From Bacteroidales bacterium (GTDB lineage: Bacteria > Bacteroidota > Bacteroidia > Bacteroidales > PUMT01): a stretch of 64,000 bases of DNA. The stretch is from the NCBI GenBank assembly GCA_007132225.1, contig SLPB01000071.1:13811-77810 (forward strand). The letters run 5' to 3'. Shown here piece by piece: positions 60,518 to 64,000 of this stretch (positions are counted from its first letter, which is position 1; every line of letters begins with the position of its first letter). The position numbers and the translations under genes are program-made. Under the pieces are notes generated by a model. It had not been told where the DNA came from. It was given only the letters and a program-made list of their open reading frames with translations, and did no database searches.

Positions 60518-63500
60518 ATTAAACGCAAAACTATCAAAAATTTATACAAGATAGCAGCCATCCTCGGGCTGATTATAATAGTACTTCCGGTTGGAGTTTT
60601 TTTCCTGGCGCGGCTGCCTGCTATTCAAACATATCTTACGCAGCAGGTAGCAAAACAGGTGTCAGCTAAACTTAATGCAAGATTTGAGGTTGGAAGAGTG
60701 GATATCGTCTTTTTCAACAGGGTGTTATTAAAAAATATTTATATAGAAGATCAACAGGGTGATACTCTGCTCAAGGCTGACAGGCTTACTGCAACAATAC
60801 AATCCTTTAGCAGGAAAGAAAGAAACATCTTTTTTAATCAGATCATATTGCAGAATGCCCGGATAAATTTCCGCAAAGACCCGGACTCGTTATTTAATTT
60901 AAGATTTATTGCCGATGCCCTGGCATCTGAAGATACCACCAGGGTGCGCTGGGATTATGCCATAAATGGAATTCATCTGAAAGATTCCAGGTTTACATAT
61001 ACAAACCACAGTAATTCCAGGCAAAGAGAGGGGGGGGTAAACTTTCATGAAATAGACATCAACAATCTTAATTTGCTGGTTAACAAGATTCACACCACAA
61101 CAGACTCAATACATTTTAATATTAAGTATCTTAATTTTAACGAGAAAAGCGGCTTTTCACTAAATCACCTCGCATCAGAAAACAGCATTTCTTATACCGG
61201 CATCAATCTGGAAAAACTGAGGATAGTAACACCCCATACCATTCTTGACCTGGAACATTTTGATATGCTTTACAGGGAATTCGGGGATTTCAACGATTTT
61301 GTAAACCTCGTGAATATCCGGAGCTCCTTCAATTCCTCCGTGGTAAACATGAGGGATATTGCATATTTTGCCCCCGTCCTGGATGATTATGACATGGAAG
61401 TAACGATGTCGGGAAGCGTCAGTGGCAGAATTAATAACCTGAAAGGAGATAACATAAATCTCAAAAGTGTAAAGGAAACATCCCTGCTGGCCAATTTCAG
61501 CATGTTGGGTCTGCCGGATTTCAATGAGACATTTATGTTTCTCGATCTTAAACACTTCCATTCCACGGTAAAGGAGATTTTGGAATTTACCGAGCCTGGT
61601 TTTAAAAATAACGGCAGGGAGCTGCCATTAAACTTGTCTAACCTGGAAGAGATTTCATACAGGGGCAAGTTTACCGGGTTTATCAATGATTTTGTTGCAT
61701 ATGGTGAATTAACTTCCAATTTAGGTACCCTTACAACCGACCTTTCACTCCAGCCTGATTCAGACAACCTGCTTAACTTTAATGGCAGGCTAAGAGCAGT
61801 GCATTTTGATGCCGGATCACTTATCGGGACTGACAAGGTTGGTAAAATATCTTTCAATGCAGGGCTCAACGGACTTATATCCCCCAATAAGGGTGTGCAT
61901 GCTGACCTGGATGGAATTATAGATTCCGTACAAATACTTGATTATAATTATCAACAAATAGGTGTTGCAGGTAAACTGGCCGAAAGAAGATTCGAAGGTT
62001 ATGCAAATATTGATGATCCCAATATATCTCTGGATTTTTTGGGCATCATTGACCTGTCAAAAGAAATACCTGAATTTGATTTTGCCGCAGAAGTGGACAG
62101 GGCCCGTTTATTCGATCTCAATCTAGAAGATAAAATTCATGACCTGCAGCTTTCATTTACCTCCACCGCAAACTTTACGGGAGACAACCTTGATAATCTC
62201 AACGGAGAGATAAAACTGGTGGATGCTGTTTTGGAGAAGGCTGATCACATATTCAGGATTGATAATGCAAGTCTTGAGGCCGCAGGACAGGGAGACCAGA
62301 GATATTTGACATTTAATTCAGAACTTGCAGATGCAAGGATTGAAGGCAATTATGAATTTGCTACTATAGCAGGATCATTTAACCAGCTGATAAGCTTTTA
62401 CATCCCGTCATTTATCCAAGACCAAACCAACTTGTCAGAAACCAAGGGTAATAATTTTTCATTTAACATAGACCTGAAGGAGGTTTCAACTTTTACCCGG
62501 TTTTTTTTCCCGCAAATATATATTTCATCAGGAACAAATATTAAGGGAATTTTCAACCCTTCAGGTATTAACTCAAAAGTAACGGGTTTTTGTGAAGAAT
62601 TAAGAATAAGTAATCAAATATTCAAAAACTTAAGCATTAACACTCAATCAGCAGATTCAGTTTTTAAAATTAATTCAAATATTGGATATCTTCTTGCAGG
62701 CAATCATTTCAGACTGGAAAACATTAACATTAATACCGATATTTCCAATGACAGTTTAAGCTTTCATACCGAATGGAATAACAGGGATGAACAAAAATAT
62801 TTAGGCCAGCTGATTGCAGTCGCAGGTTTCGAGAAAAAGCCAGGGGGAAAAACACCGGCGGTCGACATTAATATTCTGCCATCCAATATCCTTATAGCAG
62901 ATTCTCTGTGGCACATCTCTGAAAGCCGGATCAGGATCGATTCGACCTCCTGTCATATAGACAATTTTATTTTCGGCCAAACAGACAGGCATTTAATGAT
63001 AGACGGGAAGCTGACTGAGTATCCTCATGATTCAGTTCATTTCAATTTTCATAATATGACTCTTGATCATATTGAACTGCTCACCACTTTAACCAATTTT
63101 CAACTAACGGGCATACTTGACGGGAATATCAGCATTTCAGACATACATAATAATCCATCATTCGAAACAGGGCTTAAAGTAAAAGACCTTGCCCTGAACA
63201 AGCAGGACTTTGGCAACATGAGTATTTTAAGCCGGTGGAACAGCGATACAAAAAGTATAGATATACATACATTCAGCGATCGCGGGCCGGACCGGATAAT
63301 AAATATTGAAGGCAGCTACATACCGGAAGGAGGCATCCTTGATTTTGACATTGATCTCGATAAAATCAACTTGCATACATTTGACGGATACCTGGAACAG
63401 GTTTTTGGCAATCTGAGAGGAGTTGCAAGCGCCGGACTTACACTTGAGGGGGATATCAGCCGGCCGCAGTTTAATGGTGAAGTCCTGCTGAAAGAGACAT

Positions 63501-64000
63501 TTTTTCATATTGACTATTTAAAAACCCAATACAATTTTACTCATGAAGTACTTATAAAAAATAACAACATTATATTTAATGACCTGCTTGTTTACGATGT
63601 CAATCATAACACCTGCCGTGCAAACGGAATTATTACAAATAACAACTTCAGGGACTTCAGCCTTAATATTTATCTTTACCCCGACAGGTTCATGTCTTTA
63701 AATACACTGGAAAGGGACAATGAACTGTTTTACGGCCGTGTAATTGCCAGTGGTCTGGTTCATATAACCGGTCCAACAGATAACATTTCAATGGATATCT
63801 CTGCACGGACCAACAGGAATACCCGGTTTTTTATTCCACTGACAAAAAGCAGTGAGTTAGAAGACTTTCACTTTATTAATTTCACAAAAAACAATGAATT
63901 CATCCCTGATGCAAATAAAGATGAAAATGATGCACAGAAAGATGAATCAGAACAGGAGGAAAGAAGATATGAAGTTGATCTGTCCGGCATACAGCTTAAT
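60518..64000 (+). CDS. tamB: TamB/AsmA-like translocation and assembly protein (3' end outside window; absent from the ORF track)
   Basis: N-terminal TM then LPAIQTYLT...VGRVDIVFFNRVLLKNIYIEDQQGDTLL. The same frame reads sensibly at spot-checked points (61442, 63962: RRYEVDLSGIQLN). I did not check every codon. The start codon is uncertain. Confidence 0.85.
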   Translation, partial: MKRKTIKNLYKIAAILGLIIIVLPVGVFFLARLPAIQTYLTQQVAKQVSAKLNARFEVGRVDIVFFNRVLLKNIYIEDQQGDTLLKADRLTATIQSFSRKERNIFFNQIILQNARINFRKDPDSLFNLRFIADALASEDTTRVRWDYAINGIHLKDSRFTYTNHSNSRQREGGVNFHEIDINNLNLLVNKIHTTTDSIHFNIKYLNFNEKSGFSLNHLASENSISYTGINLEKLRIVTPHTILDLEHFDMLYREFGDFNDFVNLVNIRSSFNSSVVNMRDIAYFAPVLDDYDMEVTMSGSVSGRINNLKGDNINLKSVKETSLLANFSMLGLPDFNETFMFLDLKHFHSTVKEILEFTEPGFKNNGRELPLNLSNLEEISYRGKFTGFINDFVAYGELTSNLGTLTTDLSLQPDSDNLLNFNGRLRAVHFDAGSLIGTDKVGKISFNAGLNGLISPNKGVHADLDGIIDSVQILDYNYQQIGVAGKLAERRFEGYANIDDPNISLDFLGIIDLSKEIPEFDFAAEVDRARLFDLNLEDKIHDLQLSFTSTANFTGDNLDNLNGEIKLVDAVLEKADHIFRIDNASLEAAGQGDQRYLTFNSELADARIEGNYEFATIAGSFNQLISFYIPSFIQDQTNLSETKGNNFSFNIDLKEVSTFTRFFFPQIYISSGTNIKGIFNPSGINSKVTGFCEELRISNQIFKNLSINTQSADSVFKINSNIGYLLAGNHFRLENININTDISNDSLSFHTEWNNRDEQKYLGQLIAVAGFEKKPGGKTPAVDINILPSNILIADSLWHISESRIRIDSTSCHIDNFIFGQTDRHLMIDGKLTEYPHDSVHFNFHNMTLDHIELLTTLTNFQLTGILDGNISISDIHNNPSFETGLKVKDLALNKQDFGNMSILSRWNSDTKSIDIHTFSDRGPDRIINIEGSYIPEGGILDFDIDLDKINLHTFDGYLEQVFGNLRGVASAGLTLEGDISRPQFNGEVLLKETFFHIDYLKTQYNFTHEVLIKNNNIIFNDLLVYDVNHNTCRANGIITNNNFRDFSLNIYLYPDRFMSLNTLERDNELFYGRVIASGLVHITGPTDNISMDISARTNRNTRFFIPLTKSSELEDFHFINFTKNNEFIPDANKDENDAQKDESEQEERRYEVDLSGIQLN
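60526..60533 (-). promoter_or_regulatory. -7 element for tsaD, overlapping the start region of tamB
   Basis: Minus-strand TAGTTTTG, 64 nt upstream of tsaD. Confidence 0.45.

Overview
Gene-dense, AT-rich core-chromosome segment of a Bacteroidota bacterium, most like an anaerobic Bacteroidales/Marinilabiliales member. This is inferred from TAnnTTTG promoters, a rseC-rnfBCDGEA operon, gldFG-dnaN, surE-lpxB, guaB-surA-ostA, tsaD/tamB and a T9SS CTD protein. About 56 protein-coding genes, mostly housekeeping. I found no tRNA, rRNA, CRISPR array, integrase, transposase or prophage. Family names are from my recognition of the translations, not from database searches. Most notable: (1) a 622-aa DUF4914-type protein that keeps the catalytic constellation of ATP-dependent PEP carboxykinase, a candidate unrecognised PEPCK-fold enzyme; (2) an RnfG with two tandem FMN-binding domains; (3) an orphan secreted protein behind a sigma54-like promoter with tandem enhancer-like sites; (4) yaaA broken by one in-frame TAA at a conserved Ser; (5) two outer-membrane biogenesis/barrel genes with no ATG/GTG/TTG before their N-terminal hydrophobic segment; (6) a cargo-less T9SS CTD protein; and (7) several non-coding structures (a 27-bp perfect hairpin, a 103-bp element with 12-bp terminal inverted repeats, and Shine-Dalgarno motifs unusual for this phylum).
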